From assembly GCF_018977255.1 (NCBI RefSeq), contig NW_024704742.1, positions 71,488,001-71,552,000 on the forward strand: 64,000 nt of DNA, in the 5' to 3' direction. A program made the translations under genes and the position numbers. The DNA is from Callorhinchus milii. Its lineage: Eukaryota. The notes under the pieces are model-generated. The model saw nothing but the letters and a program-made list of their open reading frames with translations, ran no database searches and was not told the DNA's origin. Shown piece after piece: positions 12,111 through 23,378 of this stretch; within the stretch, counting starts at the first letter, position 1, and each line of letters begins with the position of its first letter.

Positions 12111-13100
12111 GGGGGAGGCCGGGGAGAGGCCGGGGAGGGCCGGGGGAGAGGCCGGGCAGGGCCGGGGGAGAGGCCGGGCAGGGCCGGGCCTGCAGCCCCG
12201 CTCCCCGAGCGCCTGTTTATTTACGGCTTATTTTTTTACCTCAGGGCCCGCTCGGTGTGTGGGGGCGCGGAAGGCCCGGCGCGGCCCGCTCACCACGACA
12301 GCAGCAGCGGCTGCTGCTCCTCGCTCGCTCCGCTCCCCTCTCCTCTCCTCACTGACTAACGGGCTGTGTGTGGAGAAGCCTCGCGCCCAGGCCCCGCTGC
12401 TCGCGCGGCCGCCGCCACACTGCGTGAGAGAAAAGCTAAAAAGCACGCACTGCGCATGCGCCCGCGCTCTCTTTTCCCGCCCTCTCCCTCTCCCATTGGT
12501 TCACTCACTTTCCTCCACGACCTTTTCATTGGTCCGCCTAGCAGTCAATCTCAAGTGAGGGTGGGGGGAGGGGTGCCAAGCAGCGCATGCGCTCTTTGAC
12601 ACAGCGGGACAGTTAATCACGCCCACCCACTTCTCGCTTTCCTATTGGTTTATTTGCTTTACACAGCGACTTTTCATTGGCTTACTGAGCTGTAAATCTC
12701 AAATGCGGGTATGGGGAAACGGGGTGTGAAGAGCGCATGTGCGCGCGGGCTCGGCAGTGGTTAATCCCCGCTCTCGCTCTCTATTGGTTATTCCGAAACC
12801 ATCGACGCCTTCTATTGGGCTATAACCACATCCACCCAACACACCTTTCATAGTACCGCTGTCTCATTGGCGCTCAGGCACATCAGTCAAATGATGCCGA
12901 ACATCCACCGTGAAAACAAAGGACTCGTCCCGCTCCGCCCCCTCTCGCACAATTCGCGTTCTGATTGGCCGCGGGGCTAGTTTATCCCCGCCCGTTCATT
13001 GCTGATTGGCTCAGGGTGGAAGGGGCGGGGTGACAGGAATCCTATGCTTCGCAATGTCAGAGGAAGACGTCAATCAAAGAGAGTGGCAGTGGGAGGCGGA
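12100..13100 (-). promoter_or_regulatory. CpG-island promoter of a minus-strand gene divergent from DYSF
   Basis: Only CpG-dense kilobase in the window. NRF1 sites at 12451, 12583 and 12733 (variant). Nine ATTGG boxes at 12495, 12528, 12644, 12676, 12783, 12814, 12866, 12964 and 13005. GC boxes present. Confidence 0.85.
12240..12445 (-). other. Putative first (probably non-coding) exon of the minus-strand gene; 5' end approximate
   Basis: Lies downstream of the NRF1/CCAAT array on the minus strand. Candidate donors GAG|GTAAAA (exon end 12240) and GTG|GTGAGC (exon end 12294). Confidence 0.6.
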
Positions 13101-14277
13101 GTTATAATAATAATCCTTGCATTTGATATAGCGCTTTTTCACATCTTCTCGACGTCTCAAAGCGCTTCACAGAACACACCGTTAAGTGAACTGACTGTAT
13201 ATTTGTGGGCGAACGCGGCAGCCAATTGCGCACAGCAATGTCCCACAAACAGTCATGGATTGAAGTGACCAATTTTATGATTTTTAGTATTTTAGTAGTG
13301 ATGGATAATTGCCCCCAGTCACTCCCCTCATTGTCTCCAGTCACTCCCCCTCTTCCTTTGCCCCTATTCACACCCCCATTGCCCCCAGTCACTCCCCCAT
13401 TGCCCCGAGTCACTGCCCCCATTGCCCCCAGTCATATCCCCTCCCGCTGCTGCCCCTTCCAACACCAACTCTCCCCTCCACCTTCTCCCCCCGCACCCTG
13501 CCACCCGCATCAGAAACTCTGGCCCCTATCCCCTAGCCGGTGCTAATAAGGATGTAAGAATTGCTAGACGAAAGACCAAAGTCCATCCAGTTCGTCTTCC
13601 ATCATCCTGACAGTCGCACGCACTTGTCACGTCCCAAACTATATCCCGACATATTATTTCCTAACAGAAATTGAACTAAATTGCTTTTGGAAGAATCAAC
13701 ACTTTCTGCTTCCAACGGCTTATCAAACAGCTTATCATGGTCCCCAAAACATTTCCTTGTCCAGATTCACCTCACACCCGCCTGCATCCCATCCGAGCTA
13801 CTGTCTGTGCACCTTACAGGTGGCACTGGCCTGCTCCACGTCCCCTGTCCTGCCACTATACTATTGGTCGTCGGGCCTTCAACCTTTTTCTCCCTACACT
13901 TATTAACTCCATCCCAGAGCCCTTCCCATTCGCCTCCTCCCTTGCTTCTTTCAAGGCCTATCTCAAGAACTTCCTTTTTGAACGAACCTTCAGTCATCTA
14001 CCCTCCTCCACACACCCTTGCCCTCCACCTTTCTACTCAGCAAAGACACGATGGGCTGAATGGCCTCCTTCTGTGCTATATAATTCTATAATTCTATGAT
14101 GCCAACCCACAGCTTGGGTGCAAATCCCTCATTGTCCAGCGTCTCGGGACATCCTCGCAATGTGAAAGGAGCTGTATAATAATGTAATTTGTTGTTGTTG
14201 ACATTAAAGATTCCACATCGCTGATCAATCCTTCAAACAAAACTGGTCATTCACTTCAACAATACAATTTTAATTTA

Positions 14278-14970
14278 ACAACAACAACAAGATTACATTT
14301 GTATAGTGCCTTTCACGTCGGGAGGTCGTCCCAAGGCGCTGGACGGTGTACAACATTTCAGACCCAAGCTGGGGTCAGGGGGGAGAAGGGAGGGAAGGGG
14401 AAGGGAAGGGGGGTGACCAATGGCATGGTCGAAAAGGAGGGTTTTGAGGCGGGATTTGAAGGAGGCTAAGGAGGGGTCAAGGCGGAGTGATTGGGGGATG
14501 GAGTTCCAGAGGTTGGGGGCAGAGTGGCTGAAGACTCTCCCGCCAATTGTGGGGCAGGTGGGTCGGGGGAATGTGGAGCAGGCCGGAGCCGGCTGAGCGG
14601 AGAGAGTAAGCGGGTTGGTAGGGGGTTAGGAGGTTACAGAGATAGGGTGGGGGGAGACCATTGAGGGCCTTATAGGTGAGGACCAGGATCTTGAACTGGA
14701 TCCTCTGAAGGATAGGGAGCCAATGGAGTTGGGCGAGAGTGGGGGAGATGGGGTCACAGAGTTTTCTGCGGGAGAGAACACGGGCTGCAGAGTTCTGGAT
14801 TATCTGCAGTCTGAGGAGGGAGGAGTTGGGAAGGCCGACAAGCAGGGCATTTGCATAGTCAAACCTGGAGGTGATGAAGGCATGAACAAGAGTTTCAGCG
14901 GCCTGAGCGGTGAGGTAGTGGCAGAGTCGGACAATGTTACAGAGGTGAGGGAAGGAAGAGCGGGTCAAGG
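14278..14970 (-). mobile_element. L2 LINE 3' fragment
   Basis: AETLVHAFITSRFDYAN..LQIIQNSAAR..LHWLP; (CAA)n tail on the + strand. Confidence 0.9.
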
Positions 14971-15534
14971 AGTACCTTTCACGGGAGTATGTCTCAAAGT
15001 GCTTCAACTTCATGGCTCTTTGTGGGATGTTGCTGTGTACAAATTGGCTACTACGTTTATCTTCAAAATATACAGTCACTACACTTTATAATAAATCCTA
15101 TGATGTTTTGTTAGCATGATAGGTGATATATCAAATGCAGGAATGCTTTTATTTTAGATAGGTAGAGTGATATAGAGATGGAGAGTGATTACAACAACAA
15201 CTTACACTTAAATAGTGCCCTTCACACTGGGTAGCACCTGAGTGCTGGATAAAGAGTTCTAGAGAGAGAGAGACAAACAAATAGAGAGTGAGGGAGTGAT
15301 ATACGAATGGAAATAGAGTGATAGAGGCAGATAGATTGATGGAAATAATTAGCGTTAGAAAATAGAGTGAGAGTGATGGGGAGGGAGAGAAATATGTAGA
15401 CATTAGAGAGAGAGAGATAGTCATAGAAAGATTAAGAGACAAATTGACTACTTCATTCACCTACAAACGCAGTCATTACCCTTTACAGTTTAAGCAGTGA
15501 AAGCGTTTCAAAGAGTTTTGAGATGATTTGACAA

Positions 15535-16398
15535 TCTATACTGATAAAGACAAAATGTCTATCTGCGTGTCTGTCCGCCAAGAACACAATAATCGATTGA
15601 CATAGAGACATGATTTATACCTCATTGGAAAGGTCTTGCAAAGGGAAGTGTCATTGGCATATTTTTGTGGTGTGAATCTCCTCTCGTTGATAAGCTATAT
15701 TAAAAAATGCTTTAATTAAGCCCCCAAAAGGTATGCATGATATTCTGCGACAAAGTAGCTATACACGGTATTTTGCAACAACAACAACAACAACAAGATT
15801 CCATTTATAAAGTGCCTTTCACGTCAGGAGGATGTCCCAAGGCGCTGAAACAAAGTAGCAACAGACGAAATCACACACCCTTCTAGAGAGATACATCTAT
15901 ACTAATAAAGACAAAATGTCTACTTGTGTGTCTGTCCGCCAAGAACTCAATAATCGATTGACATAGAGACATGATTTATACCTCACTGGAAAGGTCTTGC
16001 ATAGGCGATGTCAGGGGCATATTTCTTTTCGTGGATCACCTAACATGACCTAAAGAAGCTCATCACACATGTATGGACTGCAACAAAGAGTCCTTCCAAC
16101 AGGAGTCCTCCCACTGAGGCTTCCTTCTAAGTCCTCCCACTGAGGCCTCCTGCTAAGACCTCCCACTGAGTCTTCCCACTGAGTCCTCCCAACAGGAGTC
16201 CTCCCACAGGAGTCCTCCCAAAAGGATATGTGAGCAAGGGATGATAACGAGTTCAATATCATATTTTCTTAATCTTAAGGGATGAAGACGCCTAAGAAGC
16301 GAAGATCAAGCATTTCAAGGACAAATAAAAATGTCAGACGAAAGAGAGAAGACTAATTAAATGAAACTGGTTGCAAGCATAGCACTTCCCATTTCTAG
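15535..16398 (+). mobile_element. Non-autonomous Helitron (two tandem 5' ends)
   Basis: A|TCTATACT 5' end, repeated at 15896. 3' degenerate hairpin followed by CTAG|T. No TSD. The flanks rejoin into a SINE tail. Internal ~14-nt minisatellite at 16088-16220. Confidence 0.75.
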
Positions 16399-17295
16399 TG
16401 TGATATAACACTGTATATAAATGCAAATTGTTGTATCAAATACAAGAATTGTTATTGTAATCAAGTAATCTATTGTAATCTAGGAAGAGAAACAACAACT
16501 ACAAATAGAAACTACAAATACAAATAAGTGGCATAAATGGTCCATGGAAAAAACCTTCATTCATCCAGGAGGAATGTCGGTCTCTGTTGTCCTCTGGTGG
16601 TATGACAAAGGTAGCACAACTCACACTGATCTAAATCTCCTTCTCCCCATCCCAAATTATCATTACCCTCTGTAGTATCATTAGAACATGTATGTTGCGG
16701 GTATCTGACACACGCTGAAACCATGATCAGCTGGTTGTCTGAAACTCATCACTTAGGAGCCTCCAAAACAGACAGAGAGTTCCACATTTTTATGCCACTT
16801 ACACATGAAAATTTTCCTTTGTCTTGAATGGAATGTGCTTTCTCTTGCTCCTCCGCGGGTGCGGTGGGGAGGGGGGAAGAACCATATAAATTTACAGCAC
16901 ATTCTCCCCATTGTGTCTACTGGCTTTGTTAAGACCAATGCTTTCACTTCCATTTCCATGCCCTTTTCCCATATCTGTGGCGTCATATAGCACATTGGCC
17001 AGTGAGAGAATCTCAGTTAAATTCCCGGGCAGTGTGAAACCTCAGGCAAGTTTTCTTACTTTAGATGCCTCTATTTACCTAGCAGTAAGAAGAAACCCGG
17101 TTGTTAGTCGATTGGCGGATCACTTTCCAGGGGTAATAATTGCTTTTTAAAAAATTTGTTCACTCAATCCATGACTGTTTGTGGGACAATTAATTTGACA
17201 GTATATTCTGTGAAGCACTTTGAGATGCCTCAAAAGCATGAAAATGCACTATATCAAATGCAAGGATTATTATTATTCCCCCTTGCAGTTTACTC

Positions 17296-18640
17296 ACAAC
17301 AATAACAACAAAATTACATTTATAGAGTGCTTTTCATGTCGGGAGGACATCCCAAGGTACTGGACAGTAAGGGGTCAGGACCTGAGCATGGGGGAAGGGT
17401 GGGGTAGGGGTGAGAGAAAGCAGAGAGGTGGGAGGGCGACCAAAGGCACGATCGAAAAGGAGAGTCTTAAGACCGGTCTTGGGGGCAGAGAGGCTGAAAA
17501 CTCAGCCACCGAGGATAGGACGGGTCAGGTGGGAGACATGGAGCAGACTGGAGCCCGCTGAACAGAGGGAGCGGGCAGGTTGGTAGGGAGTCAGCAGGTC
17601 AGAGAGATAGGAGGGGGCAAGGGCATGGATGGCTTGAAAGTGAGGACGAGGACCTTGAATTCGATCCTCAGAGGGATGGGGAGCCAGTGGAGTCAGGCGA
17701 GGCTGGGAGTGATGGGGTCACGGAGCCTGGTGGGCGAGAGTACACGAGCTGCAGAGTTTTGGATGATCTGCAGCTTGTGAAGGGAAGAGTTGGGGAGGCC
17801 GATGAGGAGGGAATTTCCATAATCGAGCCTTGATGTGACGAATACGTGGGTGAGGGTTTCGGCAGCCTGAGGGGTGAAGCAGTGGTGGAGTCTGGCAATG
17901 ATGCGGATGTGGTGGTAGGCAGTGCTGGTCATGGCGCGGATGTGGGGTAGAAAGGACAGTTTGGGGTCAAACAAGAACCCAGATTCCTGACTGGCTTAGT
18001 GAGGTTGAGTGTGTAGCTGTGGAGGCTAATGTTGCCAGCGCCCGAGGTGCGGAGGTGCTGGCGTGAGCCATCAGGAGGGCCTCAGTTTTGCTGACATTCA
18101 GCTGGAGCAAGTTGTCCCTTGTCCAGGACTTGATGTTGGACAGGCAGTCGGTCAGGACGCCAGTAGTCCTTGAGTTGAGGATGGAGACAGAGAAGTAGAG
18201 TTGGGTGTCATGCGCATACATGTGGAAATTTAACCCATGTCTGCGGATGATGTCACCAAGGGGGAGCAAGTAGAGGAGGGGACAGAGGACAGAGCCCTGA
18301 GAAACACCGCACGAGACAGTGCGGGGGCTGGAGGAGAAGCTGTTTGCTGAGACCAATTGGAGGCAGTGTGAAAGGTAGGACCTGAACCAGTCAAGGACAG
18401 AACCTTGAAGGTTGAGGTGGGAGGAGAGGCGGTGGAGGAGGATTGAATGGACCACAGTGTCAAAAGCGGCCGAGAGGTCGAGGAGGACGAGGAGGCAGAG
18501 GGAGCCCTGGTCACACATGGTCAGGGTATCATTTGTGACCTTGAGCAGAGCAGTTTCAAACCCGATTGGAGGGGTTCATGGAGGGAGTGGGAGGAGAGGA
18601 AAGAGCGAAGCTGGAAGGCAACGGCTCTTTCAAGGACCTT
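17296..18640 (-). mobile_element. L2 LINE RT fragment
   Basis: LLDLSAAFDTV, FHMYAHDTQLY and TSRLDYGN motifs, with frameshifts. Confidence 0.92.
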
Positions 18641-19463
18641 TTTAAGTATTTATCTAGTTCCTCTTAGGAAGCCTCAAGCACTGTTCCCAGCAGGGCATTC
18701 CATATAATAATAAATAATAATAATCCTTGCATTTGATACAGTAACTTTTCACGTTTTCACAGTGTCCCACAAACAATCGTAGTGTGAGTGACCAATTTTA
18801 TTGTTAGCAGGGACACTGGGAGAAACTCCCTTCTCTTTTTGAAAAGTGCCATGGGATCTTTAATATCCACCTGAACAGGCAGACAGGAACTCGGTTTAAC
18901 ATCTCATCTGCAGAACGGATGAGATATTAATTTTAGCCAATCTGTGCATGAAAACAAATTCCTATCCTCCTCATTTGCTCATTTACTAACAGTCCCTACA
19001 GTCCCTTCATCTCATTCCCTCCTTTGCCTCCTTCAAGGCATTCCTCAAGATCCTCCTCTTCCACCGTGCCTTCGGCCACCCTTTCTGCCCTCCACCGTCT
19101 CTGATCCCAACCGCCCCCATCTGCTCAGGACCTAAACCCTAATCCCTGACTGTTCAGCACCTTGGGACGTCCTCTTGACGTAAAAGCGCTTTATAAATGC
19201 AATTTTGTATTTTGTATCATATCTTAAACTTATACTCTCTAGTTGCTGACATGCTGCTTACCTAATGCACACACTCTCTATTTGTCCTTCAAACCTGCTT
19301 ACATATTTGATACAGAAAAAACATATTTCTTTGACAGCATCTACGGTCACCTCTCCTCCCCCTCTCTTGGTGTCCGATACGATCAATACGATACGATCAA
19401 GGGCTCTGAGATGAAATGTCACGTGAAGGGCGATACATAAATGCTGTTTATTGTTCTTTCTTT

Positions 19464-19513
19464 TTCCTTCCTTCCTTCCTTCCTTCCTTCCTTCCTTCCT
19501 TCCTTCCTTCCTT

Positions 19514-19545
<32 letters not shown>

Positions 19546-19560
19546 CCTTCCTGCCTTCCT
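19464..19560. repeat. (TTCC)n microsatellite
   Basis: Direct reading. Confidence 0.95.
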
Positions 19561-19569
19561 TTCTTCCTA

Positions 19570-20885
19570 CTACTCCAATATTCCGTGGCCCTACTCCATG
19601 AATCCAATACCCTACTTGCTCCCTCTCGGCAATGTCCTCCACAGACATGGGGTTAACTTCCACATGTAGATGGATAACACCCAAATCTAATTCTCCTCCT
19701 GTGGCTCCGACTCCCAGTACGCTGATGTCCTGTCACCTTGAACTCCTCAACCTCCCCGGGTTCTCCCTAGACTCACTGAAACGGTGCGCAAGTTAGGTGT
19801 CAAGTTCTATCCCCGGCTTTCCTTTCTACCCCACATCCGTTCCCTTACCAGGACCTCTTTTATCCACTTCCACCGTATTGCTCACCTTCGTCCGTACCTC
19901 ACAACTGATGCAGCTGAAACCCTCGTCTACTCTTTCGTCATTTCCTGGCTGGACTATTCTAATGCCATCCTCGCTGGTCTCCCCAGCTACATCAGCCACA
20001 AAATCCAATTACTTCAAAATTCTGCAGCCTGAATACTCACCCGCACAATACTCTGTATCCCCATCACACCAGTCGTTGCCAGGCTCCACCGGCTCCCAAT
20101 CACCGAACAGATCCACTTCAAGATCCTTTCACTCATTTTCAAATCAATTCATTCCCTCACACCTCCGTACCTATCCGATCTGATTAGCTCCCACTCCACC
20201 ACCAGCTGCCTGCACTCGGTTGGCTCCAGCCTCCTGTTTGTCCCTCCTGCTCCACCATCTGTGTCGTGCCTTCAGCCACTACGCTACGAAACTCTGGAAC
20301 TCTCTCGATCCCTCTGCCTTGACCCCTCCCCACCTTCAAATCCCTCCTGAAGACCTTCTTTTTTGATAGTGCTTATGGTCACATCCCCCCCTCCCTCTCC
20401 CCCTGGATCTGTTGTCAGATTCTGCCACTCCACTCCAGTACCCATAAATGACAACTGATCCAGAACCCCTCCGCTCGTATTCTCACCCACATTAAACTCT
20501 GTACCCTGTTACACCAGTCTTCATCAGGTTCCACTCTTTGCCTATTACAAAATGGATCGATTTCAAGATCCTCACACTTGTCTACAAATCCCTTCACGCC
20601 TTGGCACCTCCCTAACTCTCCGACCTGCTTTCTCCCCATTCACTACATGCTGCCTCCGCTCAGCTGGCTCTAGCCTCCTGCTTGTCCCTTTTCCCCTCTG
20701 CTCCACCATCGGCGGCAATGCTTTTAGTCACTGTGCTCTGAAGCTTTGGAACTCTCTTCCTCAGTCCCTCCATCTTGCCCCTCCTTCCCCTCTTCTAGAT
20801 CACAACTGAAGACCTTCCTCTTCGACCACGTTTACATCACCTCCTCCCTTCCCCCTGACTCTGCATTAGGTTCCCCAGTGTTAAG
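19570..20885 (+). mobile_element. Two adjacent L2 LINE 3' fragments
   Basis: AAETLVYSFVISWLDYSN..QNSAA. The 3' region is repeated from about 20450. Confidence 0.85.
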
Positions 20886-20950
20886 CTGTTCTCGTTTGTT
20901 CCTTCCTTCTTTCCGCATTAGTAGAAACATAACAACACATCTGCCCAGTT

Positions 20951-21023
20951 GGCTTCATGGTGTAGTGGTTATCACATCTGCCTTACACGCAGAAGGTTCT
21001 GGGTTCAATCCCCAGTGAAGTCA
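20951..21023 (+). tRNA. tRNA-Val(TAC)
   Basis: 73-nt cloverleaf: acceptor GGCTTCA/TGAAGTC, anticodon arm TCTGC-CTTACAC-GCAGA, T arm CTGGG-TTCAATC-CCCAG, discriminator A, TTTT a few nt downstream. Confidence 0.88.
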
Positions 21024-21454
21024 GTTCATTTTAAATGGCTTCAGTTTTCACAGGCTGTAATCAAGAAATACTACCAAGGAATAGTGGGCGAGCACTGTTA
21101 TTTATTGGCACAAAATATTGACGTAAAGCAGCCAAAAGGGACTGTGAGCTCGCAATCCAGGTTGACTCTCCAGCGCATTGCTGGGGGGAGCGATGTCGGG
21201 GCACCGTCCTTCGGATGAAGCTTTAGACTAAGTTCCCGTCCATACCTGTTCAGGTGGATGTTAAAGATCTCATGGTACTACTTGACAATAGTAGGGAGTT
21301 TCTCTCTCACAGTGTCCTGGCCAACAATCCCCCAGATAAAATTGATCACTCACTGCATTATTGTTTATGAGATGGTTCTGCGAGCGCCTACAAAATACAC
21401 AGTCACTCCACCTTACAGTAAATCCTGTGAAATGCTTTGAGACATTTTTGCAAT

Positions 21455-21838
21455 GTGTTTGGATGATTTAGAGCACTTGCCTTGCAAGTAAGAGAACCCG
21501 GGTTCGATTCCCGGGTGGGGTGAAACGTTATGCAAGTTTCCTTACTCCACACGCCTCTGTTTACCTGGTAATACGTAGGAACCCAGTTGTTAGTCGATTG
21601 GCGGATCACTTTTCTGGCGGTAATAATCCCACCAAAAATAAATAAATTAAAATAATAATAATAATTTGCTCACTCAATCCATAACTGTTTGTAAGGACAA
21701 TGCTATGTGCAATTGGCTGCTGTGTTTTGCACACAAAATATATAATCAATTCACTTTTCGGTGTATCCTATGAAACGCTATTAAATGTCTCAACAATGAG
21801 ATAAGGCGCTATATCAAATGTAAGCATTATTGTTATAA
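21455..21838 (+). mobile_element. tRNA-derived SINE, long subfamily, between the two tRNA genes
   Basis: Head GGGTTCGATTCCCGG, core and tail as in the other copies. Confidence 0.85.
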
Positions 21839-21917
21839 TGTGATAATGGGCCGTCAAATGCAAAAAAATCATTCGTTCGTTCATGCATGCCTCACACAGA
21901 ACCTCAGGTGTCAGTTT

Positions 21918-21990
21918 GGCTTCATGGTGTAGTGGTGATCACGTCTGTCTTACACACAGAAGGTCCTGGGTTCAATCCCCAGTGAAGTCT
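21918..21990 (+). tRNA. tRNA-Val(TAC), second copy (atypical discriminator T)
   Basis: 73-nt cloverleaf, anticodon arm TCTGT-CTTACAC-ACAGA, followed by a T7 Pol III terminator. Confidence 0.8.
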
Positions 21991-23062
21991 GATTTTTTTG
22001 AAGTGTTCAAATGTCACCATCAGAGACTTATCCCCGTCCGTTTCCTCCATTCAGCGAGCACCAACCTGCTTCATGTCCCCCGACCAACTCACCCCACCAT
22101 CATTGGGCGAGGTTTCAGCCATTCTGCTCCCTGTACTCTGGAATTTTAAGATGATGCCCCTTGTTCTGGATTCCCCCACCAGAAGAAATAGTTTCCATGT
22201 ATCTACCCTATCGAATCCCTTCATTATTTTAAATACAAATCACCCCTCAAAACTCTAATCTCAAGGGAATAGAGACCAAGTTTATGGAACCTGTCCTTAT
22301 AATTTAACCCTTTCAGCCCTGGTATCATTCTGTTGAATCTGAGCGGCACCCCCTCCAGAGCCAATCTAACCTTCCTGAGGTGCGATGCCTAAAACTGAAC
22401 ATAGTCTGACCAAGGCATTCTGTGAAAGACTTTGAGATGTCCCCCCGATGTGAAAGAAGTTATGTAAACGTGTATTGTGTGTCAGCCTGGCTCAGTCTGT
22501 AGGACTCTCGCCTGTGACGTCAGAAGGTTGTGGGTTCAAGTTCAACATCGAGAGTTTGAGTTCATAATCTAGACCTTTGCTCCAGAGCAATGCTGGGGGA
22601 ACACTGCATTGGTTGAGGTGCTATCCTTTGGATGAGACATTAAACCCATCTATATCTGTTCAAGTGGATTTCAAGATCCAGTCATTCTAATTGGCTTTCT
22701 TGTCCACTTACAAAATGAGGTAAGATCAGAGGTTCTGTAGCGTAGTGGTTAGAGCACTCTCCTCGCAAGCGAGAGGACATAGATTCGATTCCCGGACAGG
22801 GCAAAATGTTGAGCATGTTTCCTTACTCCACATGTCTCTGTTTACAGTGTGTTCTGTGAAGCGCTTTGGGACGTCCTCCCGACGTGAAAAGCGCTATATC
22901 AAATGCAAGGATTATTATTATTATTAATTTTTTTTAAGGGACTATTAGCCTCAGAAAAGCAATCTGACAATCAACTAACAAACAGGTTCTAACTTACTGC
23001 TAGGTAATTATTATTAATAATAAATTATTATTATTAATAATAATCATAATAATAGTTTATTA

Positions 23063-23378
23063 TAATAATAATAATCCTTGTATTTGATATAGCGCTTTTC
23101 ACGTCAGGAGGACGTCCCAAAGCGCTTCACAGAACACACTGTAAAGTGAATTGACTGTATATTTGCGGGCGAACGCGGCAGCCAATTGCGCATAGCAATC
23201 TCCCACAAACAGTCGTAGATTGAAAATGACCAATTTGTTATTATTGTTTTGTTTTGGAGGGATTATTATTAGGTGTGTGGAGTAAGGAAACTTGCCCAAG
23301 GTTTCGCCCTCTGCCTGGAATTGAACTCAGGTCTCTCGCTTGCAAAACGAGTGCTCTAACCACTGAGCTACAGGACTC
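23063..23378 (-). mobile_element. Young tRNA-derived SINE (short subfamily)
   Basis: Near-identical to 4770-5088. Confidence 0.9.

Noticed and set aside
9722..12558. 877-aa and 921-aa ORFs and their antisense S/L-rich ORFs
   Set aside because: They are open only because the GA repeat lacks T and so has no stop codons. Several frames are open, with no domain content.
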